A stretch of DNA of 64,000 nucleotides from Octopus sinensis (Eukaryota), in NCBI RefSeq assembly GCF_006345805.1, contig NC_042999.1, positions 97,402,001 through 97,466,000 of the forward strand. The letters run 5' to 3'. The position numbers were made by a program, and so were the translations under genes. The number at the start of each line of letters is the position of its first letter. Position 1 is the stretch's first letter. The notes beneath the pieces are model-generated. The model searched no databases. It was not told the origin of the DNA and saw only the letters and a list, made by a program, of their open reading frames with translations. Below are positions 12,782 through 25,929 of the stretch, piece after piece.

Positions 12782-13820
12782 TCAATACCGCGTATGCCCT
12801 CCCTGGGTGTTCAAAACGGCCATACACTTTCAGTCCAGGAGTGCATAGTGGTTCACAAAAACCATTGGCACCTGTGCCCACACCCTGAGGAAAGCTGCCT
12901 CCAGTACCATACAAGTTGTCGGCCTTGGGACCACCTGGTTCAGCCATCTATGGATTTCATCCCATAGGTGTTCAATTGGGTTCAAATCTAGGCTAAGAGC
13001 TAGCCATGGCATGGTTCTGATGTTGTGCTAACACAGGAAGTCCATGGTGACCCTGGCTGTGTGGGAGGGAGCATTGTCCTACTGGAACACATGGCTACGG
13101 TGATGCATGAAAAAGGGCACAATGTGAGGTCTTAGGATTTGGTCAATGTAGCGCTGCACTGTGATGCCATTCCCTCTGCTTGCACCAACATTTTGGAACA
13201 CATGGAGCCCAATTCTCTGATTCAGGCCTATAGCACACCAAATCATGATGCTTTGGCCATCCCATGCATCTCTCTCCATGACACATGCGTCTCTGTAGCG
13301 TTCACCCTTCATACGCCTCATGCTCACTCTGCCATCCGAGGTGGAAACACAGTACTGACACTTGTCAGAGAAGACTATTGACCTCCATTGTTGATGCTGC
13401 CAATGGCGGTGCTGTGTAGCCCACTGTAGTCATGCCTAACAGTGGCGGGCAGTGAGGACAGGCTCTCAAACAGGACGACAGCAACACAGGTTGCTGGTGG
13501 CCAGTCAACGTCATACCGTGTCATTGCTGATGGGTCGCTGTCCAGTGCCAATGGTCTCATGAGCTGTTATGCTGGCCAGTCTGAAGCAATCAATGAGGTG
13601 TTGCAAGTGGATGAAGCAGTCCTGCCCAGGCATGGTTACCCAGAGGTGTTCTCAGCAGGCACGGTCTGCAGTGCTGTTGGTGTTGTCGTATAGCTGTTGC
13701 AGGTGATAGATGGTGCTGACATGGACATTGTAAGCTTTTGCAACAACCAGGGCATGCTGCCCTGCTTGCAATCAGCCGATAGCTTGTTCTCTCTGTGCTG
13801 CTGACATTCGGGTTGTACCT
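12782..13820 (-). mobile_element. Tc1-family (DD34E) transposase pseudogene
   Basis: Minus-strand reading RMSAAQREQAIG*LQAG..NVHVSTIYHL..LQWA..WRSIVFSD..GERY..IMIWCAI..RYIDQIL..FQ*DNAPSH..PWLALSLDLNPIEHLWD..GGHTRY*. 34 residues between D2 and E. Confidence 0.93.
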
Positions 13821-13954
13821 GATGCATCCAAATTATGAACACCAGGAACACGGTTCAAATTAATTTTTATACCTATAACCTCCACGAGATGCGAAAGTTG
13901 ACAACACCTTTTACTTAGGTGACCTAATTGAAAGCAAAATAGCCAGAGGGGAAA

Positions 13955-14420
13955 ACAGGTTGGGAAAAGTTTAGGAAACTTTTATCTCCACTAACAGCTT
14001 TAAAATTCTCTCTCTCAGTGAAGAGCAGATCTTATGATGCATGTATACAATGTTGCATAATGGAAAAACATGAACTTTGAGTGCAGATGATATGTGAAGG
14101 ACAGTTAAAATTAGAGGAACATGTTCCACTGGATGTACAGTGTTGATATGCATTAACCAGTAGCACAAATGAACTAAGAGAAATTTGGGTAGAAGAGGAA
14201 TCAGGGGTAGTGTGCAAGAAACTGAGCCAATGCAGTTAAGCAATGTTTATGAAGCATGACAGCTGGGTAAAGAATTGTCAAATGATCTAATGAAAGAACT
14301 TGCAAAAGAGGAAGGCATAGAAAGAAGTAGGGACAACTAATCTCAAAGCGCTGACCCTCATGAAGGAGATGACAAATGAGTCATAAGTAGTGGGATGCTG
14401 TGCTGGAGAAGACTCATCCA
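13955..14420 (+). mobile_element. RTE LINE C-terminal fragment
   Basis: GWEKFRKLLSPLT..SLSVKSRSYDAC; homologous to 22590-23040. Confidence 0.7.
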
Positions 14421-15368
14421 ATACATGCAAGTATAGGATAAACAGATGCAAAAATGATAATATGAGTGTGTCTGTGTGTGCATTTCACACAAACACGCAT
14501 GCACACAAAGCAGTTGATGGTAGAACTGTTAATATCATAAAAAATACTTTGTCATGCTCTACCAGGACACATCTAGTGCAAAACACTCTAGTTTCACAAG
14601 GATGACACAGATTCCACACACACACATACATACACAGACAAAGGTATATTTTCAAGACAAAGTAAAATACATCCCAAAGCAAATATCAGTTTATATGATT
14701 CAAATCCTGCTAAGATCAACTTTGCCTTTCATCCATCTGAGTTCAATAAAAAGAAATACTAGTAGCACTTAAATACAGGAGTTATATTTAATTGACTCCT
14801 AATCAGACTGGAATCCTTAAAGCAACCCAACATATTCAAGTTAGTTCAGATATTGATGCCAAGCTGTTCATCCCTTACATAATATCAATGGTATGGAGAG
14901 AAGAATCTGGGTATATGACCAACTACTAGTCTTTCATACAATTTTGTCCTGCCCTGTACTCTCCATGATATTGTCTCACCATGATCTACCAACACATTCT
15001 GATGCAAATCATTCTAGATATAGACCCAGTCTCACAAAGACATCAAAGAATATATATATATATTTCCTGCAGGTGTTAGCCTGCAACAGTTGTTTAAAGG
15101 GAACATTAATGAAAAAAAAAAGCGATAATGGTATATTTTCAAGGCACAGATCAAAATATATCTCAATGCAAATATCAGTTTAGATAATGGATAAAGTGTA
15201 CAATGTTAAAAATGGAGCTGGCATAAGTTATACATTTCACTAATACACAAATATACCAGTTATTAAAATTTCTTTATCATATAATGTCTACTTTTTGTCA
15301 TCTGTACTAGTTGTGTACATGCTTGATACTTAGTGACTTCCTATACCAGGATCTTTTCGGATCATACC

Positions 15369-15406
<38 letters not shown>

Positions 15407-18400
15407 TCTGCATGAGTCATTATTCTGGGTTTTTTACCTCTTTTTCTTGACCTGCCCAAGGAATGAACCAAGAAACTTCAAATAGTGACTCTCTTTGAAT
15501 GGACGTTTTTCGTCTCTACCTAACGATATTGAGTGCATTTTTCTGCTTAATTTCAGTTTATACCAACATGAACAATTGATCGACTTTCTCTCTCTCCCTC
15601 TCTTGAAATAACTCAAATTTGTCAATGACATGAATTTGTATACATGGTAAAGTATTGTGCTGAATGTATAAAATCCTAATTAAATGGAGAAACAATAAAA
15701 AAAATACTAGCAGCAATTGTTAAAAACCCTTAAAGAATCAGTTATTTGGTTAGTTAAAATTGATTTTGTCTGTCCTACATATATAATTTTTTTTTTTTAA
15801 TGGAAAAAAATTCAATTCTGGTGGGGAGGAGGAACAGGATTCTATTTGTGCAAGAATGGGGATCTGTGGACTATTTTAAAGTCGGAGAAAACAACAGAAA
15901 AGTATTTGGATGAAGGGGAGCATGAACCAGTTGCAAGCTGCTAACTAGATGACAATGACATAACATTGCTGATAAATATGATGATGTGTAACATCTGACA
16001 AATTTATTGGTTAAATTAGTCATACATACTCAGCTGAGTCAACAGGGAATCCTGCAAATTGAACTGAGGAGACACGTGGTCTTTTATATTTACTATAAAG
16101 CGAGAGTTATCGTTTAACCCCAGATAAAACAAATGATGATTAAAGGCGTTTCAGTTAACGATCATCAGGTCTTTTCTCTTGTTTATAATCTAACGTGTCC
16201 TTTCTTTTTAAAACAGTAGTGCGTGATTTGAAGATCTGACTGCTATTTCGAGAAGGTTGGATAGATAAAGCTACTGTTATTTATTAGATCCTGTGAGTGT
16301 GAAACAATCTATTTACAATTTTTATACAAGGAAGAAAAAAGTGTGTGCGTGTGTGTGGTGGAGTCATTAGTATCGAACCGTGAAGCCCATTAAGGATTTA
16401 GTTCGTGGCAATTTACTTAATATGAGTGTTAACATATTTGTATTGATAACAGCACTTAGTATTATTTCAAGACTTATTTAAGAAGAGCACTTAAATATAT
16501 AGATTAGCTGAGAGTAGACAGACGAATTTGTATTCACATCGTACGAACATAATAGAGTTTTAGAAACTGCTATAGAACATAGGTTAGTTTAGACTTTGAA
16601 GTATATGGTTCCATATCTTTATAGCACTGAGATATTTCCCCCACCTCCCCTCTCACCAGAAATAATTTCTTTACTCTTCTCGGTAACATATTACTTGTTT
16701 ACACATGTATATTAAATAGCAAAGAAGGGAAAATACGGTAACAGTGGGTTTCTGTCTTTTAAAAATAAAAAAAAGGGCTTGTATGTATAAAGTTTGTACT
16801 GGGAATCAGTAGTTTAGACAAAAATTGGATATCTAACATACTCAATGGACTAGCTACAAGACTGATTTTATAAAAAAAAAAATGAAGAAGTTGATAAATT
16901 TTAATGTATTAACTGCTATTTATTTTATTAACTTCAGAACAAAAATGATGTTTGCAGTATTTGAATTTTGACTGTACAGCGGTGAGAGTAACTTATGTTA
17001 GGTCACTCCCAGCACTAAAATGTAAATTACTGTATGCATTTTATTTTTTTCATGAAAAAAAAAAACATCTTTTTTTTTAAGGAGTTTTGTTTTTCATATA
17101 CATTTCAGTGGTGTGGCTATTCTTCGAAGAACGAGATGACTACTACTGTTTGTCTTCTCTTCAATTACTGGTGAATGTCAAACAAGAAACAAATAAAAAT
17201 TGCCCTCTTTTCGGAAGAGTGTGCCACGAAGTTAAAAATATTTTTCTAGCCTGTCGTGGGCAGGAACTTCCTCCTCTTTCCAGCCTCTGCAATGACGAAT
17301 GTGTTGACATCAATTTCGTTGTAGCATCAACTGCGTTGTTATAACAGTAATTACTACTGCTACATGAATTATTGTTAGGGCAATGGTTCGGCCGAAGAGG
17401 CAGGATTAAATTGCTTTGTGGAATTTTGTTACGAGCACTTTACGTAGTGGGTTCAAATTCTACGAAAGTTAACTAAGACTTTCATCCTTCCGAGATCCAT
17501 AAAATAAGCATAAGACAAACGACTGTTCCCACCCCTTAAAATTTCTGGTCTATTAATTTTATTACCGAAGAAAAAATACGATATAATAGCAGAAACGGTA
17601 ACCTGCTAGAATAAATTCCTTGTGGTACTTAGTTTCGTCTTGTCTTCAAAACTAAGAGAGTTCGACTTAGTCTTTCACTCCTTTTAAATCAATAAAAATA
17701 AGAAGTAGCAGTAATACACGGAGTCGATTTCATCAACTGCACTTTCTCCAAATATGTTTCCTTGCATGTGCGTTAGAATTTCTTTCTTACTACAGTTGTT
17801 TCGCCTAGTCAAATATCACAGAAAATAACTAGGATAAATGCGAGCCACTTTCGTGTCTGAACTAAAGCCATTTCATTGATGTCACTAATATTCTTGGAAC
17901 AAAGCATATACAGTCAAGCTACCTCGTTTTCTCGTCCTCAATAAATTCAAGGGGTTGTACCCAATTAAACATCTAAGGCAGTGACCCAATTTCGAAAGAA
18001 GAAAGTCACAACCCGCTCCCTTACTATTCTTCCAATATATATATTTATACATATCAGATTTTATGTCTATGAAGAAGAAAAAAAGAAAGAAGATTTTATC
18101 TGTGAAGATTTAATGGTTTAGAAAATATATTTGCAAGCTGTAAGATACAAACATGAAATAGATTCTCATTTCTGGTAATAATACACCCAGCAGGTTGGTG
18201 GCTGTTAATAGAGAAGTTGCCAGTCTGTGGTTTGTCAATTCCATAGCATTAAGGATTGGTTATGATATCATAAACATTTCATTACACATCTTTTTTTTAT
18301 TAAAAACCGACGGATAATTCGATAACTTGTAATAAATAAAAGTAAAATTAAGAATAAAACAACACACAATTACGAGAATAGTGTAAAATTAGACGTCATC

Positions 18401-18505
18401 TGATATGGTAAAGTTATATAGATGTGCCACTTCTCTCTGATGGCTGTATCGATAATCTGATTAAAAGGCAATGATATGTGGTTTGTGTATATGTATGTAT
18501 GTATG

Positions 18506-18567
<62 letters not shown>

Positions 18568-18599
18568 GAGATTAATGATGGCAGCAGATAATGTCGATA

Positions 18600-18752
18600 A
18601 TGCAAAATCTAACGCAGTGAGGGAAAGGGTACCCGGCCCACAACAAGTTTCAAAGACGCGCAACACGGGCATGTCAGTTCGCCTACGCGTTGAGTGAGAT
18701 GATGATGCATCATAATACCATTTACAGTCACAGCTGGCACCACTATACGGAG
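18600..18752 (+). promoter_or_regulatory. CpG-rich putative promoter or first exon
   Basis: Dense CpG; donor GGAG|GTACGT at 18752/18753; acceptor (T)10CCAG ending 18898; octamer ATGCAAAT inside the intron. Confidence 0.35.
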
Positions 18753-20034
18753 GTACGTACTGCGAGAACAACGTCGACCTATTTATTTATCTTAGTATAT
18801 AACTGAAGAGTTTACCAGAGTAAAAACACTTTAGATATACATATGATTGAAGACAAGGCTTCCTATGCAAATGAGAATCCTGTATTTTTTTTTTCCAGGA
18901 GACATGCGAGAAATAAAAACCAAAACAATACACTGACATACGAACTGTGATTAGACTAACAACTGTGGAAGAAGAAAAACTATGTAGACGTAAACAAATA
19001 ACAGAGAAGTTTAAATACAGCCAGTCTATTCAAACGAAACAAATAAAGATACTTAAGATATTTGTCTTTATAAAACAATACAAACATGGTTGGTTAGTTT
19101 TTTGTTGCTTTTTCTTTTTCCTGTCTGGGACAGTTCCTATCATATTCTACATCATATTCTAGCATTATAAAAATTATTTATTGCTAGGCATATGGCACAA
19201 TAAAAAAAATCAGTCTGCATTCATGCATATATGCTACAATAAATTATTATTTTAATGCTTATAATAACGTATAAAGGCTGCGTTGTGAAGATGGGGTTCA
19301 GCCGAGGGTAATAAAGCGTTATCTGTTGCTAGTATTCATTATTTAAACATGCTGTGACCGGAGTAAAAAATATCTTTATTCACTGAGGGGTCTTGGGCAT
19401 AGAGTGAGTAAATACTTTAGTAACAATATTTATGTAAACTACGTTAACAAAATCACCTCGCAAGTTTGTTGCATCAACGAGCATGATCTACTTACTACCC
19501 TTACACTGAGCAACTGCATTGTGGTAAGAGTTCTATCAACCATTTAGAACATACTGTACAATATGTATGCATGTGTGTGTGTCAGTGCATGCATGAATGT
19601 ATTAGGGAGTAACAAGTTCATCAGACCGTGAAGTCACTCAGAATAAAGAACTAAAAGTTATAAGTCTGTCAATAAGTTTAACCCTTTAGCATAAATGTTA
19701 GTTTTCATCAGCTTGGCCCTAGAAAGCCTTGTGTGGATCTTAAAATAACAGTATATGGGATAACTTTGAAAAATACTTCCTTCAAGTATCTTGGTTGCAT
19801 GTTAAACAGGGATGCAAAATTTTGATGACAAAACTGTACACAGAATTTAGAAATCATGGATGCCAGTTGGAAAATTTCAATCTACACTGTGGTTTCAAAT
19901 ATATATTAAAACATGATACTAAACAATCTATTTTCGAAACAAAGCATTTTGCCTTATTTTGTTGTATGGCTGTGAAATATAGTCATTATAGTCAAAGCAT
20001 GTTTTAAACATGATGATGCATTGAAACTCTCCTG

Positions 20035-20600
20035 CAATGCAAACTGAGATGGACAAACTATATGTTTGTATGGAAGATAAAAGAATTCAGGAGCTTCTAC
20101 TCTGTGGAGAATTATGTTCTGGGGGAAAAGATCCCCTTACAAACTAATGTTAAGATACAAGGACTGCTTTAAATTTGATCTGACGAAAAAAGGACCATAT
20201 TTATGTGGGATATTGATTTTTAAAAATTACAATTGATAGGGTACCATGGAGAAACAAAAATATACTCAATTTGAAGAGAATCACATTAAAAATGCAAATT
20301 TGAAATTAAATGCTTGGAAAGGAAACCTCTACAGATATCACTAATCCTTTCAAATGTTGAACCTGTAACCAATTTTTTAAGGCTAGTCTTGTTAACCATT
20401 CAAATATACATGAACTAAGACAAAACACCTGAAAGCTAAAAGAATAAATGTGTACCAATGATTTAAAAAATGCTATCTTCCTGTCAGTTATCTGGAGATA
20501 CCAAATGACATGCTTTTGTACTGCATTTAACATACAAGAGACATGTAACAGCTATGGTAAAAGCTGGATATCATCAATTGAATTAAAAAGTCATCTTTGC
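20035..20600 (+). mobile_element. Old RTE-1-type LINE C-terminal remnant
   Basis: KLRWT..MEDKRIQELLLCGELCSG..MLRYKDCFKFDL, plus terminal CNSYGKSWISSIELKSHL (decayed zinc finger). Confidence 0.6.
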
Positions 20601-20699
20601 TTTGCAGTTCGTTAACAAACAATGGTCATATTTGTTATTGGACCAACTTCTATCACATACACAAACAGATTTATTATAAATTGCTATTTCTGTAATCAA

Positions 20700-21281
20700 A
20701 CCCTCACCTGTTGCAAAGCAAAGTAATATTTCTCTCTAAGACCAGGCATGTTTTTATAGAAGAGTGGAAATGAATGACATTTGTTGCATATCATAACTAT
20801 CATGCAATGACAAGACAAAAATGCAACACACACAAGACTTTGGTTGGCCTTGGGCTATAGTGGGAGATATTTGCCCAAATGACAACAGTGGGGCTGAATC
20901 TGAAATCACATGGTTATATGGTTGACTATGTACTTCCCAACCACATGGCTCTGGGTTCATTCACATTGCCTAGCACTCGAGCAAATGTCTTCTATTATAG
21001 CCCTGAGCCAGGCAATACTTTGTGAGTGGATTTGATAGACCAAAAAAAAAAAATTGTGAAGCCTGCTGTATGTCATCATTTTGCATGTCATCATTTTGCA
21101 TGCAGTGTCTTTCATTTCCAATATTCTGTAAAAACATCTAGTCATGGGGAAATATTACTTTATTTGGAAATAGGTAATGGATGGCAACAAGAAGAGCATC
21201 CAACTGTAGATAATCTGCCCCAATAAATTCCACCTGACTTATGCACGCATGAAAAAGTGGACATTAAAACAATGATGATGA
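20700..21281. mobile_element. Two head-to-head RTE-tailed tRNA SINE copies
   Basis: Minus copy (~20700-20920, TTGCCCAA) adjoins a plus copy (CTTCCCAACCACATGG...GAAAAAGTGGACATTAAAACAATGATGATG). Confidence 0.7.
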
Positions 21282-21419
21282 TACACACACACACATATAC
21301 AGTTTTCATTTAGGTTGCAAAAAAAACAAAAAAAAATTTACTTTTGTGTTAGAAGCAAGCAGAGTCTTGATATATGCCTGCCGTATGTAAAGTAAATGAA
21401 ATTACATATCTGAATAAAA

Positions 21420-21919
21420 GTTTTGGCAGACACACATCTCATTCCCAAATCTTCAGTGATAATGGACTGAACTGAACTGTAACTAATCTGCACATCCACT
21501 GATAACTCATGGATGGTGATTTGATGATTTTCCCTCACAGTTGCATGCACATCTGTGATGATTTTCTGCTGGTTGTGGGTCTCCCAGAACGATTGCCAAT
21601 ATCAACATTTTTTCAGCCATCTTGGAAACATCTGAACCACTCATACACTTGTGTGCAGCTCATGCACTCCTCTCCATACACTTTCTGAAACTTTGTGTAG
21701 GCCTCTGAGCAGGTATCACCATGACAACTTTTTCTGTCATGGTCAATGTGATGATCACACACTACACACCTTTCTTCCAAGCACTGCTGTAAACAGCAGA
21801 AGTGAGCTAGAATGTTAAAACTTAGTACACATGCACAACAAAGTTCAAGGTCACTCTTTGCCTAGCAGCTTTACTCTGTTACTATGGCAACAGTTCAGAT
21901 ACTTATTGATCAGACCTCG
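21420..21919 (-). mobile_element. Mariner, 5' half only
   Basis: TA|CGAGGTCTGATCAATAAGTATCTGAACTG TIR; KVYGEECMSCTQVYEWFRCFQDG..RSGRPTTS..EDLGMRCVSAK, then truncated. Confidence 0.88.
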
Positions 21920-22057
21920 TATGTGTGTGTGCATGTAGATATGTATATATGTGTGTATATTTATATACATATTTATGTAAAATATCCATAGTTCATTAAA
22001 TTCAAACCTATTCACAAATATATCGATAACATGCTCTGTCTATCTGTGTGTGTGTGT

Positions 22058-23050
22058 GAGCAGTTTAATTTGAAGGTGGGAATCCATGAAGGTTCAGTCT
22101 TTTATTCATCATAGTCCTATAGACTGTCACAAACGAGTTTAAGGTTGACTATCCATGGGAACTCCTACATGCTAATGACCAAGTTCTCATATCTGAATCT
22201 ATAGAGAAGACATTTCAGGCATGGAAGCTAAACAAAGAATCAAAGTAAACTTGGTAAAGATAAAGGTTTAAGTAGTACAGAAGATAGGACCCTGTTATTT
22301 TCAGGGAAATGGTCTTACTTGATATGCAGAAAAGATATAAACTTAATACACTGTACTTTTGTAAGCTATGGACCCACAAAAATGTGGAATCATAGGCAGA
22401 CTAACAGAGAAAGTAAGTTTATATGACAGATGACTAGAGCAGGTCCACAAGACTAGTCCACAAGAAGCAAATTCTCTTAAATGCTCAGATGGCTCACTAG
22501 AAGTAACCAATAGCTTTTTTTTAAACCAGGAGATATAATTAACAAGAGAAACAGTTGCTGAAAAGCATAGTAACTAGGGTAGGAACAGGTTCAAAAAAGT
22601 TCAGGAGGCTAGCAACAAAGATCTTTTCCCTCAGAGTGAAGAGCAGATTTGTATGATGCTTGTGTATGGTAGTAAAACATGGGTCATGAATGCATGAGAA
22701 GACTGGAAAGAAATCAAGCTAGCATACTCTGTTGTATGTGCAATGTTAGTGTGCATGTGTGACAAAGTACAATACATTGAGAAACAAACTGAGCATTAGA
22801 GGAATTCAGATGTAGTATGCAAGAAAGAAGAATGTACAGCTATGGACATGTCATGTGTATGGATGATGACAGCTGTACAAAGAAGTACTAATCACTTGAT
22901 GTGGATGAAGCTGGCAGAGGAGAAGACTCAGAAAGACATGGGACAAAGTGGTGAAGGCTGATCTCTGGACCCTGAACCTCGTGGAAGACATAACAAAGGA
23001 CTTAGATGACAGGCAATATGTGATTCTCAAGAAGACTCACCAACCTCAGC
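22058..23050 (+). mobile_element. RTE LINE, RT and C-terminal region (decayed)
   Basis: VGIHEGSV..LFIIVL..PWELLHAND (YADD equivalent at 22168-22179), Cys-rich insert, YGHVM, RKTWDKVVKADLWTLNL. Confidence 0.88.
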
Positions 23051-23681
23051 AAAACTTAGACTGTAGATACTTGAAGCACAATGCATATATATTTATGCAC
23101 AAATGGGTACCCTACCCCCTGTATTCCAACTATCCACTATGTCTCTAACTGTAATATTCTGCTGTTGTAATTTAATATAAGCTGAACCAACTTTTCCCTG
23201 ATACCACTTATCCTTCTTGATATCTGGAATGATTTCACTTGTCATCCAACTTTCATTCTGACCACCCTCCTCAACCACCAAATTATCACTGCTTCCACCA
23301 CTATTCCTACCCCAAACTCTTACAACTTACCCAACACATTATCTCTTCTTCTCATATCCTGGTCTCATTCTTCCCCTGCCTACAATATCATTATCATATT
23401 ATTACTCTTCTACTACCATATTATTATAAATAAACAATTTAATATTGTGCCTGAGTTTATATGATTTTGAAACATTTTAAAACTCAAAACATAAGTAAAA
23501 ATGGCTTCTCTATATTACTTCAAAATAATGGCCCTGCCCCAATTAATCTGTTAAATCAAGGGTTTATTATGTTTGTACAAGTGTGTGTATAGACAAGTAG
23601 GTATACAAATGAAAGAAAGTAGCTCTCATCTCACTTAGTTTTAAGAATATAATAACAGGTTGAAGCTGAGTCAAACTGTTA

Positions 23682-23718
<37 letters not shown>

Positions 23719-25604
23719 CATACACACACAATAGGCATGGATATGACTGCATGATTAAAATGTTAGCTTCAGACCTATGTTTAGGGATTCAGTCTCACTG
23801 CGTGGATATTGTTAGTTAGTGTCCTATACTATAGCTCTGAGTTAAGCAATACTGAGTGAAATTTGGTAGATGAAAACTGGAAAAAATTTGTTGTATATAT
23901 GATTGCTTGACTGAATGCATATTCTTTTTGTCTTGACATGCACACACTCACAGTAAACATCCCACTGTTCATACAAACAGTGTAATTTGTTTGTAGTTAA
24001 CTGTGTAAGTCTGACCATGCCTTTAGTTGTAAACTAAGTGTTACTGTTGATACAAACAGTAATAGTTTGTTTGTAGTCCTCAACAGAAGCATGTTCAAGC
24101 TGTTTGTTTTGTGACAGATTGGAGAAATTATTACCATGCTTGGAAACAGTGGGACAGTGGGTGTTGGTGTCAGGTAGAGCATCCTGCTATAAGAATTTTT
24201 TATTATAATCATTATTTTACATTCATTTTCCCATGCTTGTATGGGTAGGGTGAAGCTTCTCCAAAAGTGTGTCACCATCTATTTGGAGCCTTTGGCATTT
24301 CCTAAGGTCAGCCTTCACCACTTCTTTCATTTAGATTGCTTCAATAATTTGTCTTGCAAATATCTGTGTGTCACTGTTCATTACATATTCAACATATCAG
24401 TTTCCTGATGAGTTGTTTATTATCACATCCTATGGCCAACTCTATTATTTTAATCTACCCAATGCCTACTTCACCTACCTATCACTGTTACCAATTCAGA
24501 AGAATTTTTACTTGTGTCCTTGAACTGTGGGGAGTTTGATTGCACACAGCACATATCAATTCTTATATTCAGCACATTTCAACTCGCCTGTACTCTATCC
24601 CAATAGTCTCTCAGAAAATACATTCCTTCATGCCAATGTAGATGCTGGCAACCCTGAAGTTTAGAACCCAACAGGAAGAGCTAAGTTTCCAGTGGTGGAT
24701 GGATTGTTTCAGGATCATTTTCTACATCTAAGAGGAAGGGAGTTGGTATAATCGTTTGATAATGATTGAGGGGTTCTCATACATAGCCAGATGTTCTCAC
24801 TTGATCATTCATTTTCAATCATCTACTGTGTGCAATACAACTATGATAAGTGTCAATTCTGCATATATATTTTTCATTGTGTTTGTAATGATTTATGGGT
24901 TGAGTGCCCTTCCTATTACCAACTATTTTACAGAATAAAATGAGTGCATTTTATTGCACCAAGATTAAAATGTCCCCTTTACATTTTGCTAGTTTTTATT
25001 TAAGTTACTTCTCTCTTAACTTTCAGAATCCCTGTCTTCTCTATGCACACTTATTTAGAGCAATTGCTCTCTTTGATGGGTTGTCTTCTTTATGACTAAA
25101 GAATCACATTTCAAGGCACTCTATGACTGCATAGGCAATCATGTAGACACTCCTGATATTACATTCTGTCCAGGAAGTTGGAGTAATTGAGGTATTTGTC
25201 AAGATATGGCTTTAGAGGAATAACTGAAGTTTTGGGGGCTATGATACATGTTAATATATGGGTAGGAGAAGTGTAAGACCACTACTGCGCTACTGAGCAG
25301 ATGTGATTGTTAGACAGAACAATGTTCCAACTTCATTAGATAAATAAATAATTAATATCTTGAGGGATCCCACCAAGAAGTAAAGAAAGAAAGAAAACTC
25401 TATAGAAAGAGAGGAAGAGAGAGTGTAAATACATAATTATTGTCTTAATTTAACTTAATTCTATGTCTCTAATGTTGGTTGACCATAAATATCTGTGATT
25501 ATGGCCAATTACCACAATGAATATCATCAATAGTGACAAGCAAAACAGGTGATCTATCATGTGTCTCTCATACAATGGGAGCCCTCATTAAAATAATAAT
25601 AATA

Positions 25605-25796
25605 ATAGCCCAGCTATGGAAAATGAAGAAGGTGAGAATAGTGCCAAATGTTGGGTCTTTGGGGACAGTATCAGAAGGTATCAGGGGGAATTTGTTAGAT
25701 AGCTGAAAAAATGGATAACATGGTACCGTAGGCTGCAGGTAGCAAGCCCACTACAAATCTTAGACTCCAGAAGCTTCAACAAAATCTGTGATACAG
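25605..25796 (+). mobile_element. R4/Dong-like RLE retrotransposon 3' end within (TAA)n
   Basis: IAQLWKMKKVRIVPNVGSLGTVS, flanked on both sides by AAT repeats. Confidence 0.7.
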
Positions 25797-25929
25797 AATA
25801 ATAATAATAATAGCTTATCTTCTGTATAGTTCCATGCTCCAACTTATTTCACAATCATTTCCAGTCTGTCTCTTGGCTTTTATGGCTCTATCTGCTGTGC
25901 ATTTACAACACCAAGTCGCTTTCAATTTA

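Noticed and set aside
15434-15631. 65-aa basic ORF ending near a possible donor
   Set aside because: No recognisable homology and weak splice context.
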